This document shows, piece after piece, positions 18,683 to 28,365 of a DNA stretch of 64,000 nucleotides. Numbering within the stretch: position 1 is the first letter of the stretch; every line of letters starts with the position of its first letter. A model generated the notes under the pieces. It had not been told where the DNA came from, did not search any database, and saw only the letters and a list, made by a program, of their open reading frames with translations. The position numbers and the translations under genes were made by a program. The stretch is taken from NCBI GenBank assembly GCA_041392625.1, contig JAWKLR010000014.1, positions 4,742-68,741 on the forward strand, written 5' to 3'. This DNA is from Saprospiraceae bacterium. Lineage in GTDB: Bacteria; Bacteroidota; Bacteroidia; Chitinophagales; Saprospiraceae.

Positions 18683-19243
18683 TTAGAACTCTTTGATATA
18701 TAGGTTTTTATTAAATGCAGATTTGAGTTCGTGCAGTTTGTTCAACACACTGGCATTGTAGCGCTTGTCGTCAAACTCAACGATAAAGCCTCCGATAATC
18801 CCTGGGTTTACCTTGGTTTCGATTTCCAGGTTTTTAAAGGTGGCGTTGCTCTCGAGCAATTTCTTCTTCAGTGTTTCCAGTACCTCATCGGAAAGAGGAG
18901 CTGCGGAAGTAACTTTCACCGTAGTGATGTTTTTGAGCACCTTGTATTGGTTTTCAAATTCTTCTGCAATTTCCGGAATGTACATTTCCCGGCCCTTGGT
19001 TACCAGCAATTGGAGGTAACTCATGGTCAGCCCCTGAACTTTGCCTTCAAACAATGCTTTAAGAACAGAATTTTTCTTGTCGCTGTGAAGAATCGGGCTT
19101 TTCAACATCAGGTTCAGATCGCGGTTCTGCGTAGCAGTGCGCAATTGCTGGATGTCGGCATGCACCGCTTCGAGCATATTTTGCTCAACAGCAAGGTCCA
19201 GAAGGGACTTGGCGTATCGGGTTGCTATTCTGAGTACAGACAT
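18683..19243 (-). CDS. atpH: F0F1 ATP synthase subunit delta (OSCP)
   Basis: 186 aa. N-terminus ...IATRYAKSLLDLA, positioned between atpF and atpA. Confidence 0.88.
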   Translation of the reverse strand: MSVLRIATRYAKSLLDLAVEQNMLEAVHADIQQLRTATQNRDLNLMLKSPILHSDKKNSVLKALFEGKVQGLTMSYLQLLVTKGREMYIPEIAEEFENQYKVLKNITTVKVTSAAPLSDEVLETLKKKLLESNATFKNLEIETKVNPGIIGGFIVEFDDKRYNASVLNKLHELKSAFNKNLYIKEF

Positions 19244-19301
19244 GGATGCTTTATTAATCGAAGATGGAAATATCGGTCGGAACCGGCGTGCCCATCGTTT
19301 A

Positions 19302-19814
19302 TTAATTCAATTTAATCTTTTCAGCCAGATCTTTGGCGTATGCCACCTGATCCGGATTGTTAGCCAGTTCTTTGCCCAGTACTTTCTCGGCAATTTCGAT
19401 GGCCATTTGTCCAGCCTGGTTTTTCAGATCCACAATGGCTGCCTGCTTTTGATTTTCAATATCCTGGAAAGCGCTTTCAATCTTGCGCTTGTACTCCACA
19501 TTGGCGCGTTCTTTAGCTTCCGCAATGATATCATCTTTCGCCTCTTTGGCTTCGCGCAACATGATGGCGCGCTCCTCACGGGCTTCAGCAAGCAATTTTT
19601 CATTTTCAGCATGGAGGTTAGCCATCTCTTCGCGGGCACGCTTGGCCTCGTCCAGAGAATCTTGGATATCCTGCTCGCGCTTTTTCAGGCCTTCTGCAAT
19701 TGGCTTGAAGGCAACACGGCTCATAATAAACCAGAAACCGAGAAAAATTACGGTTGTCCAAAAAAGCAATCCCGGCTCAGGCCGGATAACGGAGAAATCT
19801 GCCAGAAACATCAT
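19302..19814 (-). CDS. atpF: F0F1 ATP synthase subunit b
   Basis: 170 aa. One N-terminal TM helix (LLFWTTVIFLGFWFIM) followed by a long charged helix, positioned between atpE and atpH. Confidence 0.88.
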   Translation of the reverse strand: MMFLADFSVIRPEPGLLFWTTVIFLGFWFIMSRVAFKPIAEGLKKREQDIQDSLDEAKRAREEMANLHAENEKLLAEAREERAIMLREAKEAKDDIIAEAKERANVEYKRKIESAFQDIENQKQAAIVDLKNQAGQMAIEIAEKVLGKELANNPDQVAYAKDLAEKIKLN

Positions 19815-19940
19815 GTATGACTGATTTGAATCGAGTTATTTAAAAAATCCAAATGGATTCTAAAGAATGTTAAAACTAAGATTCCAGACGGCGCAGCAAC
19901 CAACCGTTCTGCCACCATCTGGATTTTTTTCGGACAGGAA

Positions 19941-20153
<213 letters not shown>

Positions 20154-20214
20154 TTATAAGTGTGAAATTAAGTTCAAATTTATTCTATCAGCCCGTAGGC
20201 CGTAGGGTATCAAA

Positions 20215-21561
20215 TTAGTGATGTGCCTCTTCTGTTGCCATGCCAAAATATACAGCGGACAACATCGTAAAGATGTATGCCTGCAAAAAGGCAACCAGCA
20301 ACTCAAGGGCCATCATGAAAAGGGTCAACGGAATGGAAGCAGCAGCACCAATCGCAGTTCCGCTCATGCTTTCTCCCGCATCACCAAAAATAAATATCAG
20401 GCTCACGAAACTGATAATCACAATGTGACCGGCAGTTACGTTTGCAAACAAACGCAGCATGAGCGTAAAGGGCTTCAGGAAAAGACCCAGAATCTCAATT
20501 GGCGTAATAATCAAAACTTTAAGTACGGTAGGCACACCTGGCATCCAGAAAATGTGCTCCCAGTAGTGCTTGTTTCCCTTGAGGTTGGTAATGATAAAAG
20601 TAATCACAGCCAAAACCAGGGTGATTGACAGGTTACCAGTCACGTTCGCACTTCCGGGGAAGAATGGAATCTGTCCGATAAGGTTGAGTCCGAGGATAAA
20701 GAAGAATACGGACAGCAAGAACGGCATGAACTCATCGTAACGCTTTGGGATGTTTGGCTTGGCCACATCATCGCGAATGAAGGTAACCAAGGGCTCGAAG
20801 AAATTCTGCAAACCTTTTGGAGCCATTCCGTCACGTGTTTTGTACGATTTAGCAACTGCCCGGAAAACAAAGAAAAGCAGCAACACTGTAAGCAACATCG
20901 TGAATACGTTGCGGGTAATAGAGAAATCGGAAAAACTGGTGATTCCTCCGCCCAGCATACCGCCGTCGTACGAAGTTTTTGCATCCAGTTCGTAGCAATT
21001 TCCGTTAGCCTGAACGAAATAAATCATTTTAGGCTTGCCATTTACCTCACGCTCCTCATGGGTAGGGCCAGTAACTGCCACCTCACCTTTCGGGAAATTT
21101 TCGTCTTTGACCCGCATTACATTGCCATGTACCAACACATATCCGTCAACAGCCATTGTGCCGTTGCCGTGGTGGTGTGGGTGAAATGCAGAGGTGGTGG
21201 TGAATGTCCATCCAGCAGATGGAGCATACAAAATACAAGGGAGGTGGAGGTATACGTCGCCAACAATGTGAATGGCGTTGGCATCCGCGATGTGATGCAG
21301 AGCCGTCTCACTGGCGTTAAACTCCGGATTTTCTTCAGCCGGATGGCCACAACCGTGGCTTTCGCCCTCACCGTGTGCAGCTTCTGCTGCATCGGCATGA
21401 CCGGCATCAGCATGCGATTCATCGCTGTGAGCCGCTTCAGTCGCTGGCTCTGCATGCGACCCACCTGTGTGGTCGTGATCGGTGTGGTTATTCTGCCCAA
21501 AAGCAGCCAGCGATAAGGCGCTGAAAACTAAGACAATATAAAATTTGCGTAGTGCAATCAT
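20215..21561 (-). CDS. atpB: F0F1 ATP synthase subunit a with a long His/Asp/Glu-rich N-terminal extension
   Basis: The C-terminal half carries the subunit-a hallmark MLRLFANVTAGH (essential Arg). The ORF is open to 21672, but a TAnnTTTG promoter box at 21597-21604 and the signal-like MIALRKFYIVLVFSALSLAAFGQ favour the ATG at 21561. Confidence 0.9.
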   Translation of the reverse strand: MIALRKFYIVLVFSALSLAAFGQNNHTDHDHTGGSHAEPATEAAHSDESHADAGHADAAEAAHGEGESHGCGHPAEENPEFNASETALHHIADANAIHIVGDVYLHLPCILYAPSAGWTFTTTSAFHPHHHGNGTMAVDGYVLVHGNVMRVKDENFPKGEVAVTGPTHEEREVNGKPKMIYFVQANGNCYELDAKTSYDGGMLGGGITSFSDFSITRNVFTMLLTVLLLFFVFRAVAKSYKTRDGMAPKGLQNFFEPLVTFIRDDVAKPNIPKRYDEFMPFLLSVFFFILGLNLIGQIPFFPGSANVTGNLSITLVLAVITFIITNLKGNKHYWEHIFWMPGVPTVLKVLIITPIEILGLFLKPFTLMLRLFANVTAGHIVIISFVSLIFIFGDAGESMSGTAIGAAASIPLTLFMMALELLVAFLQAYIFTMLSAVYFGMATEEAHH

Positions 21562-21596
21562 ACCCAGAGAACTGTAAAGGCTGTTCAAATCGGCTG

Positions 21597-21628
21597 CAAA
21601 AGTACAATCTACTATTGGTTTTCGGAAA
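21597..21628 (-). promoter_or_regulatory. Candidate Bacteroidota-type promoter of the atp operon
   Basis: The minus strand reads TTTC-N20-TACTTTTG (consensus TTTG-N19-21-TAnnTTTG). The -7 box ends 35 nt upstream of the atpB ATG at 21561. Confidence 0.45.
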
Positions 21629-21843
21629 CTTCCCCCGAAAAAAATCCGAAAAAAATGAGGAATCCGCCTCATTTCAAATGCCCCTGCGAAATAAAATTTG
21701 GAAACATGGCTGATTTAATTGTTTGAGACCGGAAAATGCAGCAACAATGAAAGCCAAGCTGCCTGGGGCTCAAACCAAATCAGGTGTATTTTGCTCCGAG
21801 TACGATAATAAATTTTGTAACCCCATTTTTCAACTCAGAATGC

Positions 21844-23210
21844 CTAATACACACGCAATTTGAACAAGGTTTGATTGGGCACACGTATATCCGGCTGACC
21901 GATGTAATACAAGTATCCGTTCCGAACCTTGAAATGGTGCGCTATCAGGTGTACTTCCGGCAAACTAAAAACAGCCTGAACTTCCCCATTGTCCACATCA
22001 ATTCGTTTTAACAAAGTGGTTTTGGAATTGGAGAACATTCCATAAACCTGCCCCAACACCTCGTCTTTAAGCAGCAGGCGGGCCCAATCCTTCTCTCTGT
22101 GGTACTGAATCGGAACTACCCGGGTATTCTTAAAGGGTGGTTCAAAACGGTACAACTGATCGTTTACATGATCAAACAGAAGCAGGGTGTCGTTCATGTT
22201 TAAGATTGGAACATATACGGTGTCCTCGCGCAACAACTCCATCCAGGTAAAGTGGGCCATCTGGTCCGGGGTTTCTACCTGTTTCAACAAAGCATCCGGG
22301 TGGTAGAGTTCGGAATAAACTGCGCTGGTTTCAACCGCACCAAACCCAAAATCACTGATGCTGGGCGTTGGCCCAAAAGGGTCATGCATCATGAGGGGCT
22401 GGTTGTATACCAATTTTACATAGGCTTCTTTCATTAGTTCCTCCCCGGTTTTATCTTCCACCTGGATCAAAGGCACCTTATGCCCCTTTGGGTCGAGGTA
22501 ATAATAGATGACAGATTTTTCAAACAACCCATATTGCCTGAAATAAAAATAGTCGTCGGAATAGGCTACGCAGGGTTCTAGCAGCCCCCAGAATTGGCGA
22601 CTGTCATAGGCAGGAAAGGTATCAATCGTCTGTTCGAAAATACTTATTTCGTGACAAAAATCCGGGCCTACGGCATGGTACCCACCCAGACAGCCATGCA
22701 GACGCTGTGCGCCATTACCCAATTGCAGCTTGCGTCAGTCGCCGACCGGAATCATCCCATTGCTTCCAGATAGGTTCGTTTTTTGGCGAGTACCAGGGCA
22801 AGATATTTTCACCGGCAAAAGTATAATCCAGCAAGGTGTGTTGATAGTCCTCCTCGTACAACCGCGCTTCTTTGGTCGCTCCAATCTGCACTTCTGAAAG
22901 TTGGACCTGCTGAGGACTCAGCCAATTTCCAGGCGCGTAGATCCGCAACGAAATTGGAAGGCGTTAGGACAATTCTTCTTGAAAAATACCCCAGGTAACG
23001 GACATTCAAACTTTCAGGCTGATATGCCAGCTGAAAATAAAAGTTGCCAGACTCATCTGTGCGAACATGGCTGGTATCGTTGTAAAATATTGAAACGCCG
23101 GGCAAACCCTCTCCGGTTTCACCCCGAACAATGCCCCTCACCGAAAAGAGATCGGTTTGAGCCTGAGCAACAAATGGAAGGAAGGCGATACAAAATAAAA
23201 ACAAACGCAT
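21844..23210 (-). pseudogene. Carboxypeptidase-regulatory-like domain protein of unknown function, with two frameshifts
   Basis: There are three colinear minus-strand ORFs. 22809-23210 carries a signal peptide and CarboxypepD_reg-like sequence (VRGIVRGETGEGLPGVSIFYNDT). It continues in 22715-22948 (RIYAPGNWLSPQQVQLSEVQIG...) and then 21844-22722. The junctions are at about 22950 and 22720. Confidence 0.7.
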
Positions 23211-23320
23211 ATCATCGGATTTACACCAAAAATATGCGTTTGTTTTTATTCTGCTTAGTCCACTTCGTGAACTGTGTGATTCATTAACTCATCGGTTCTG
23301 TTCAATAGATGAGTGCCCCA

Positions 23321-23635
23321 TTAATACATCACCAAGCGGCGACTGGCACTTCCAAACGGAGTTTCCAGGCGATACATATAGATACCAGGCTCCCGGATGT
23401 CGGAACGCTGCAATACAATATGATTTTCTCCGGCTTCAAAATAACCATTTTTGTGTGCTACTACATGTCCGTGTGAATCCAATACCATTAAGTTGATACT
23501 GGCCGACTCCGGAATGCTAAACCACAAAAGGGTCATTTCTACGAATGGGTTGGGGGAGTTGGGGTAAAGTTGAAGAACGGGTTCTGCTACAGCCAGATCT
23601 CCTCTGGCATCTACTTCGGTTTGATACTGAAACAT
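23321..23635 (-). CDS. Orphan T9SS C-terminal sorting domain (104 aa, no signal peptide); probably a gene remnant
   Basis: LYPNSPNPFVEMTLLWFSIPESASINLMVLDSHGHVV...GIYMYRLETPFGSASRRLVMY is a typical T9SS CTD. Only about 20 aa precede it, and an in-frame stop lies 4 codons upstream of the ATG. Confidence 0.6.
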   Translation of the reverse strand: MFQYQTEVDARGDLAVAEPVLQLYPNSPNPFVEMTLLWFSIPESASINLMVLDSHGHVVAHKNGYFEAGENHIVLQRSDIREPGIYMYRLETPFGSASRRLVMY

Positions 23636-23940
23636 AAAATAAGATTATTCCTGATTAGGAACTTTTTTCAAAGTCCCCGGGAAAAGGCGATTAAACGATT
23701 ATGGGTGGATGTTCTTTTCTTTTGTTCATGGGATTATTCCCAATACGGTATGCCGGGTAAAAGACAAATCCTGTGCCAGAATCCATTTTTTTCTTTTTTA
23801 ATTCGTTAAAAAATCAAGGAAACTGTTTTTTTAACTTCATTTATTACTCCTTAAGCCAAAAGGGCATCAAAACGGCACCAAATTGCCAGTATCAGATGAA
23901 AACCTAGCCAGTTCTCACGCACACCAAACACGATTTTTTC

Positions 23941-23987
23941 AAAAAAAAGCCCCGCCAACATCTTCTCGACCGTTGGCAGGGCTTTTT
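23941..23987. terminator. Bidirectional-type intrinsic terminator downstream of the BNR-repeat gene
   Basis: aaaaaaaa-GCCCCGCCAAC-(11 nt)-GTTGGCAGGGC-ttttt. 11-bp stem with one mismatch, about 20 nt after the stop at 24006. Confidence 0.7.
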
Positions 23988-24005
23988 GATTCAAAGCATC
24001 TTTGG

Positions 24006-26519
24006 TTAATGTGCCACAACTAGTTTCTCCCGTATAGTTGCTTCACCGGCAGCATTGCGCAACTCAACATAATAAATCCCGTTAGACAGGAATTGAGTCG
24101 AGAAAGACAACTCCCCGATTGCCTGATTCTTCCAATTTTGCTCCAACACCTGACGGCCATGCACATCCATCACCCGCAACTGAAAATCGGCACGATGCGG
24201 ATTTGCTGAATTGAAATAAACCCGGCTGCTTGCAGGGTTTGGATACAACTTCGTGCGCTGTCCTGAATCTGCCAAAGTCTCCGTTCCAACCGGCAATTGG
24301 GTAAGGTCAGCAGACCAAACACCCCGACCATGGGTACCGATATACAAGGTGCGTGTTGCAGCGCGGACCTTCAGGTCAAATACATAGACATTCGGCAAGC
24401 CTTCCCCAAACACTTGCCAGTTGATCTCATCAGCATCGGTGTAGTACACGCCTATATCTGTTCCCACAAACAGGAAGTTGGTTTCTTCATCGTACAAAAT
24501 CGCATTTACAGGAACGTTGGGCAAGCCATTTGAAATGTTTTGCCAAATCAACAGGTTTCCAAGCATGGCAGACTGGTACACCTTTTTATTGTCACCATAT
24601 CCGGCCTTGCAAACCCACATGTGCATATCGTCGTTCGGATCAATGGCTATGCGTGTTATTTCATTGGATGGGTCTGGCGTATTCAATGTACTCCAGGAGG
24701 CACCACCGTCATCCGTGCGGTAAACTTTGTTGCTCCAGCTTGCCAAAATGATGTTGGTATCCTGTGGAGCATAAATTACATCCCGCAGGTTGTTATCGGT
24801 ACTGCCTGTCAGGTTCGTACTGATCTTGTGGAAGTGATCGCCCCGGTCAAACGTTTTGTAAATGTCATGGAAACCAAAAAGCATGGTTTCTGTGCGCAAT
24901 GGATTCATTACAAAAGGTGTTACCCATGCGCCTTCAGGATCGTCCGGCAGGTTATCTGAAATAGTCGTATTGGTTCCCCAGTTATTCGTAGAGCGATAAA
25001 TTGCATTTCCACCATAATACTCAGTAAACAGAATATTGGAATTGTACGGGTCAATTGCCTGAGTCATGGCATCCCCGCCATTGGTATGAATCCAGTTTCC
25101 ACCAGAGAACCGGAGCCAACCGCCGTTATCCTGTGAACCCGCTGCAATTTTCAGTGAGCCAGCTTCGCTCACTGAAATCCGGTAAAACTGCGCAATGCCC
25201 ATTCCATTGGAATAATCACTCCAAATGTCATAGGGTTCGTGGTAGGTATAAACGCCACCGTCGTTGCAGAAAAACAAAATTTCCGGATTGTACGGATACA
25301 CTACAATATCGTGTACATCGGCATGTACTTCCGGTTGAATGCCGTTGTTATACCAATTCGTGATTTGCGTCCAATTGGCCCCGCCATTGGTGGATTGGTT
25401 CACTACGACATTTGCACAATAAACAATATCCGGGTTAATTTGAGAAATATAAAACTGGAAATCTTCCGGCATGTAGGAACGGAATTCAATGGTCGCACCT
25501 GCATCGGAAGACATAAACAGTTTCTTGTCCTGCGAATACCGTATCCCCAAAACATCCGGGTCGGCCATAGTCACCGCCAGTTTGATCGAATTATTGGTAT
25601 TGGGTTCGCTGGTTATCTGGTCCCAGGTTTCTCCCCCATCGATGGATTTAAACACATCGCTTTGGCCCCAATAATCGTAAAAAGCAGCATAAAGGGTATT
25701 GGAATCGCCCGGACGAAACTTCACATCGGTAAACTCACCGGCCCTTTTCTGAACCCACGTGGCACCTCCGTCGGTCGACTTGAGCAATCCACTGTTGGTT
25801 GCAGCAACCAACACCTGTGAATTGTTGGGATCCATTTTCAACTCATAAATCACCTTGAAATCATCCAGTTCCCAACTCAAACCAGTAGGGTTCCAGGAAA
25901 CACCACCATCTTCTGATTTGTACACACCCATGTTATAATGCCACCAGCCAAATTTGTCGCCCAGCGAAATATAGAGTACATCCGGGTCTGAAGGGTCGGT
26001 CAGAATAATACTCACGGGCAGGTAGGGCAATTCATCCCCCAACGGAATGTAGCTCAATCCACCATCCTCAGTTTTCCAGAGCCCGCCATCCGGCGCACCA
26101 ACAAAAAAGGTATATGGATCTTCCGAGTGAAACGCAACATGTTTGGTACGGCCCATCCCCCAGTATCCACCACCGGTATTTTGGGTAGGCCCGACCTCTT
26201 CCCATTGAGGTTGGTTCCCTCTGGATGCCACTTTTGCCCGGGCTTTTTGCTGCTCTACCCACTGTGTTTTCAGATCGGGAAAACTTCCGTCTGGCATCAC
26301 CCGGTCTTTCCAAAACCATTTCCACCGTTGGTATTTTACAAACTGATTGTCCCAGCAGTCGGTATCCTCCTGTTCATAATCTACAAAATGCGCATCAAGG
26401 CGCTCGCATATAGCAAAATAGTTGCCTTTAGGCAATTCAATCCCAACATCCGGGAGCTCCTGACTCCCCGCAGAGAAAAACAAGGCTGCAAATACAAAAA
26501 GTAAAAGTGATTTTTTCAT
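24006..26519 (-). CDS. BNR/Asp-box repeat (sortilin-Vps10 / GH74-like beta-propeller) protein with T9SS C-terminal sorting domain
   Basis: 837 aa with a signal peptide. Repeated Asp-box motifs: KTEDGGLSY, KSEDGGVSW, KSTDGGATW, KSIDGGETW, QSTNGGANW, RTDDGGASW. The C-terminal LYPNPASSRVYF...GIYYVELRN is a CTD. Confidence 0.82.
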   Translation of the reverse strand: MKKSLLLFVFAALFFSAGSQELPDVGIELPKGNYFAICERLDAHFVDYEQEDTDCWDNQFVKYQRWKWFWKDRVMPDGSFPDLKTQWVEQQKARAKVASRGNQPQWEEVGPTQNTGGGYWGMGRTKHVAFHSEDPYTFFVGAPDGGLWKTEDGGLSYIPLGDELPYLPVSIILTDPSDPDVLYISLGDKFGWWHYNMGVYKSEDGGVSWNPTGLSWELDDFKVIYELKMDPNNSQVLVAATNSGLLKSTDGGATWVQKRAGEFTDVKFRPGDSNTLYAAFYDYWGQSDVFKSIDGGETWDQITSEPNTNNSIKLAVTMADPDVLGIRYSQDKKLFMSSDAGATIEFRSYMPEDFQFYISQINPDIVYCANVVVNQSTNGGANWTQITNWYNNGIQPEVHADVHDIVVYPYNPEILFFCNDGGVYTYHEPYDIWSDYSNGMGIAQFYRISVSEAGSLKIAAGSQDNGGWLRFSGGNWIHTNGGDAMTQAIDPYNSNILFTEYYGGNAIYRSTNNWGTNTTISDNLPDDPEGAWVTPFVMNPLRTETMLFGFHDIYKTFDRGDHFHKISTNLTGSTDNNLRDVIYAPQDTNIILASWSNKVYRTDDGGASWSTLNTPDPSNEITRIAIDPNDDMHMWVCKAGYGDNKKVYQSAMLGNLLIWQNISNGLPNVPVNAILYDEETNFLFVGTDIGVYYTDADEINWQVFGEGLPNVYVFDLKVRAATRTLYIGTHGRGVWSADLTQLPVGTETLADSGQRTKLYPNPASSRVYFNSANPHRADFQLRVMDVHGRQVLEQNWKNQAIGELSFSTQFLSNGIYYVELRNAAGEATIREKLVVAH

Positions 26520-26538
26520 GTCTTAGATTTATAAACTA

Positions 26539-26625
26539 CTAGTAGTCAGTGGTCAGTAGTCAGTGGTAAGTAGTAAGTTTTCTATAAACCATCCTTACTA
26601 CTTATTACTTACCACTTACTACTAG
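26539..26625. repeat. Imperfect ~35-bp-arm inverted repeat built from AGTAGT/CAGTGGT tandem units, in a divergent intergenic region
   Basis: Left arm ctagtagtcagtggtcagtagtcagtggtaagtagtaag (a 14-nt unit repeated about 2.6 times). Right arm cttactacttattacttaccacttactactag. The 16-nt spacer is tttctataaaccatc-like. Confidence 0.8.
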
Positions 26626-26667
26626 ATCACACAAAGGTACACAGCAGTTCGTACCTTTACGGGCAGG

Positions 26668-27450
26668 ATGTATAGATTTATTAGCCATATCATTGCAATT
26701 GCAGTGGTTTCCACTGGAATTGCCTGCAACTCCCGGGAAACGGGTGAGCCCGTGGTTGACCCGGAGGAACAGTTTGAGTATTTTGCACTCAAACTCGGCC
26801 GTACCCTGGAGTATCAGGTGGATAGCCTGGTGTATGATTTTGGCACCAATGGAAATACCGTTGTCGATACCAATCGGCTTTTTGTAAAAATCCATTTTGC
26901 GGATACCTTGACAGACAACTCCGGTCAATTGGTTTATCTGCTTGAACGCTTTGAGCGAGGCAGTTCGGGTGAACCCTGGGTATATAATAGCAGTAGCACG
27001 GCATCCAGAACCGGAACGCAGGCTTTTTTCACCGAGGAGAACCTACGCTTTAATCCAATGATTTTCCCAATGACTGAGCGAAGCAGGTGGGATGGGAACA
27101 GCGCATTTGACTCCTTTCTCGAACTGGAAATTGCCGGGGAACGTATCCGGCCGTTTACCAACTGGGACTACCGGGTGGACTCGCTGGATATCCCGGGAGC
27201 CATTGGTCCGTTTGCGTTTGATTCCTTGTTGATTATCACAGAAGCCAATGATGAGATCAATATTGAAAAGCGGTTTTCCCGTGCTGTTTATGCCAAACAT
27301 GTTGGGCTTGTAAAGAAAGAGCAATGGATTCTGGATTCCCAGTATTGCAACCAAATCCCCACCCCCACCGACTGCCTTACCAAGCCCTGGGAAGAGAAAG
27401 CAGAAAAAGGCTATATTCTTAGGATGGAAATCCTCAACTTTGCGGATTAA
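26668..27450 (+). CDS. Hypothetical lipoprotein
   Basis: 260 aa. The N-terminus MYRFISHIIAIAVVSTGIAC has a lipobox-like Cys. I recognised no family. Confidence 0.6.
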   Translation: MYRFISHIIAIAVVSTGIACNSRETGEPVVDPEEQFEYFALKLGRTLEYQVDSLVYDFGTNGNTVVDTNRLFVKIHFADTLTDNSGQLVYLLERFERGSSGEPWVYNSSSTASRTGTQAFFTEENLRFNPMIFPMTERSRWDGNSAFDSFLELEIAGERIRPFTNWDYRVDSLDIPGAIGPFAFDSLLIITEANDEINIEKRFSRAVYAKHVGLVKKEQWILDSQYCNQIPTPTDCLTKPWEEKAEKGYILRMEILNFAD

Positions 27451-27472
27451 AATTGCATTTCAATCAAATAGA

Positions 27473-27988
27473 ATGGACGCATACATAGAAGTGGGCTTTA
27501 CCCAAAAAACACATGGAGTAAAAGGCGAACTCAAAATCAATATCGAAGACCCCTTCTGGGATGTCTGTATGGAAAAAAAACGGGTCTTCCTGGAAATACG
27601 CTCAACCAAAGTTCCGTTCTTTATAAAAGACATTCGGGGCGCCCACGGCGATATTGTGCTTTTTGAAGACATCCCCAACCGGGAAGCAGCGCTTCTGCTC
27701 CAATCAAAAAAGATCTACCTGCTGCAAAGCGACGTTCCTGATGACCTGGACCTGGAAACAGATGCACTTCAATACAGCCACCTCGCCGGGTATACCTTAT
27801 TAGATGAAACACTCGGACTCATCGGAGCCATTGAGGAAGTCATCGAAATGCCACAGCAGGAAATGGCTGTCCTACAATACCAAAACAAAGAAGTACTCGT
27901 GCCGCTCAACGCCATTTTTATCAAAAAAATAGATGACAAAAAGTCTGAAATTTTAATGGACCTACCCGACGGACTTCTAACTATTTGA
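27473..27988 (+). CDS. rimM: Ribosome maturation factor RimM
   Basis: MDAYIEVGFTQKTHGVKGELKI is the RimM N-terminal motif, and a PRC-barrel-like C-terminus follows. The ATG at 27473 is preferred over the listed 27440. Confidence 0.85.
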   Translation: MDAYIEVGFTQKTHGVKGELKINIEDPFWDVCMEKKRVFLEIRSTKVPFFIKDIRGAHGDIVLFEDIPNREAALLLQSKKIYLLQSDVPDDLDLETDALQYSHLAGYTLLDETLGLIGAIEEVIEMPQQEMAVLQYQNKEVLVPLNAIFIKKIDDKKSEILMDLPDGLLTI

Positions 27989-28125
27989 TTTTCAGCATAA
28001 TAAGACTTTTCAACTGTTAATAAAAACTTAAACTACTGGTGCTCGTGCCCTGAATTGTTCATGTTGGCACGCTTTTCGACATATACCATAAAAATAGTAT
28101 TTCACAACGTTTTAATCATTTAGAA

Positions 28126-28299
28126 ATGTCAACCCAATCCGAACATTCAAATCAAAGCAACCGGGGTGTAGTTATCCTGCTCACCATCGTTTTGCACCTG
28201 GCACTGGGTTATTACCTGTACCAGACCAGCACCAAAGCGCCACAAACTACCCGCATGGAGCAAGTGGACGCTGCGAACAAAGCCTCCGAAACGCCCTAA
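28126..28299 (+). CDS. Possible 57-aa single-pass membrane protein (below the ORF-track cutoff)
   Basis: ATG at 28126 and TAA at 28297-28299. Translation: MSTQSEHSNQSNRGVVILLTIVLHLALGYYLYQTSTKAPQTTRMEQVDAANKASETP. A strong hairpin follows 30 nt later. The only support is the ORF, one TM segment and the terminator. Confidence 0.3.
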   Translation: MSTQSEHSNQSNRGVVILLTIVLHLALGYYLYQTSTKAPQTTRMEQVDAANKASETP

Positions 28300-28328
28300 T
28301 CCGAACACAACCTTCTTCCTATATATGC

Positions 28329-28365
28329 CAGAAGCCCTCCTGAATTGCATTCAGGAGGGCTTCTG
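28329..28365. terminator. Perfect 17-bp hairpin (probable intrinsic terminator)
   Basis: CAGAAGCCCTCCTGAAT-tgc-ATTCAGGAGGGCTTCTG followed by atatttc. Two more short hairpins follow, at 28387-28406 (AGACGCAC-tgta-GTGCGTCT) and about 28423-28441. Confidence 0.65.

Noticed and set aside
20215-21672. Full 485-aa atpB ORF starting at 21672 (MRRIPHFFRIFFGG...)
   Set aside because: The extra 37 codons overlap a good TTTC-N20-TACTTTTG promoter. The internal ATG at 21561 is followed directly by a signal-like hydrophobic segment, so the shorter start was adopted.
26539-26625. Possible CRISPR-like or other interspersed repeat array
   Set aside because: There are only about 2.6 tandem 14-nt units plus an inverted degenerate copy, with no spacers of CRISPR size and no cas genes in the window. 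It is reported as a palindromic low-complexity repeat instead.
28147-28350. 67-aa minus-strand ORF
   Set aside because: It runs through the 17-bp terminator hairpin and is antisense to a more protein-like short TM ORF, so it was judged spurious. The plus-strand ORF itself is only weakly supported.
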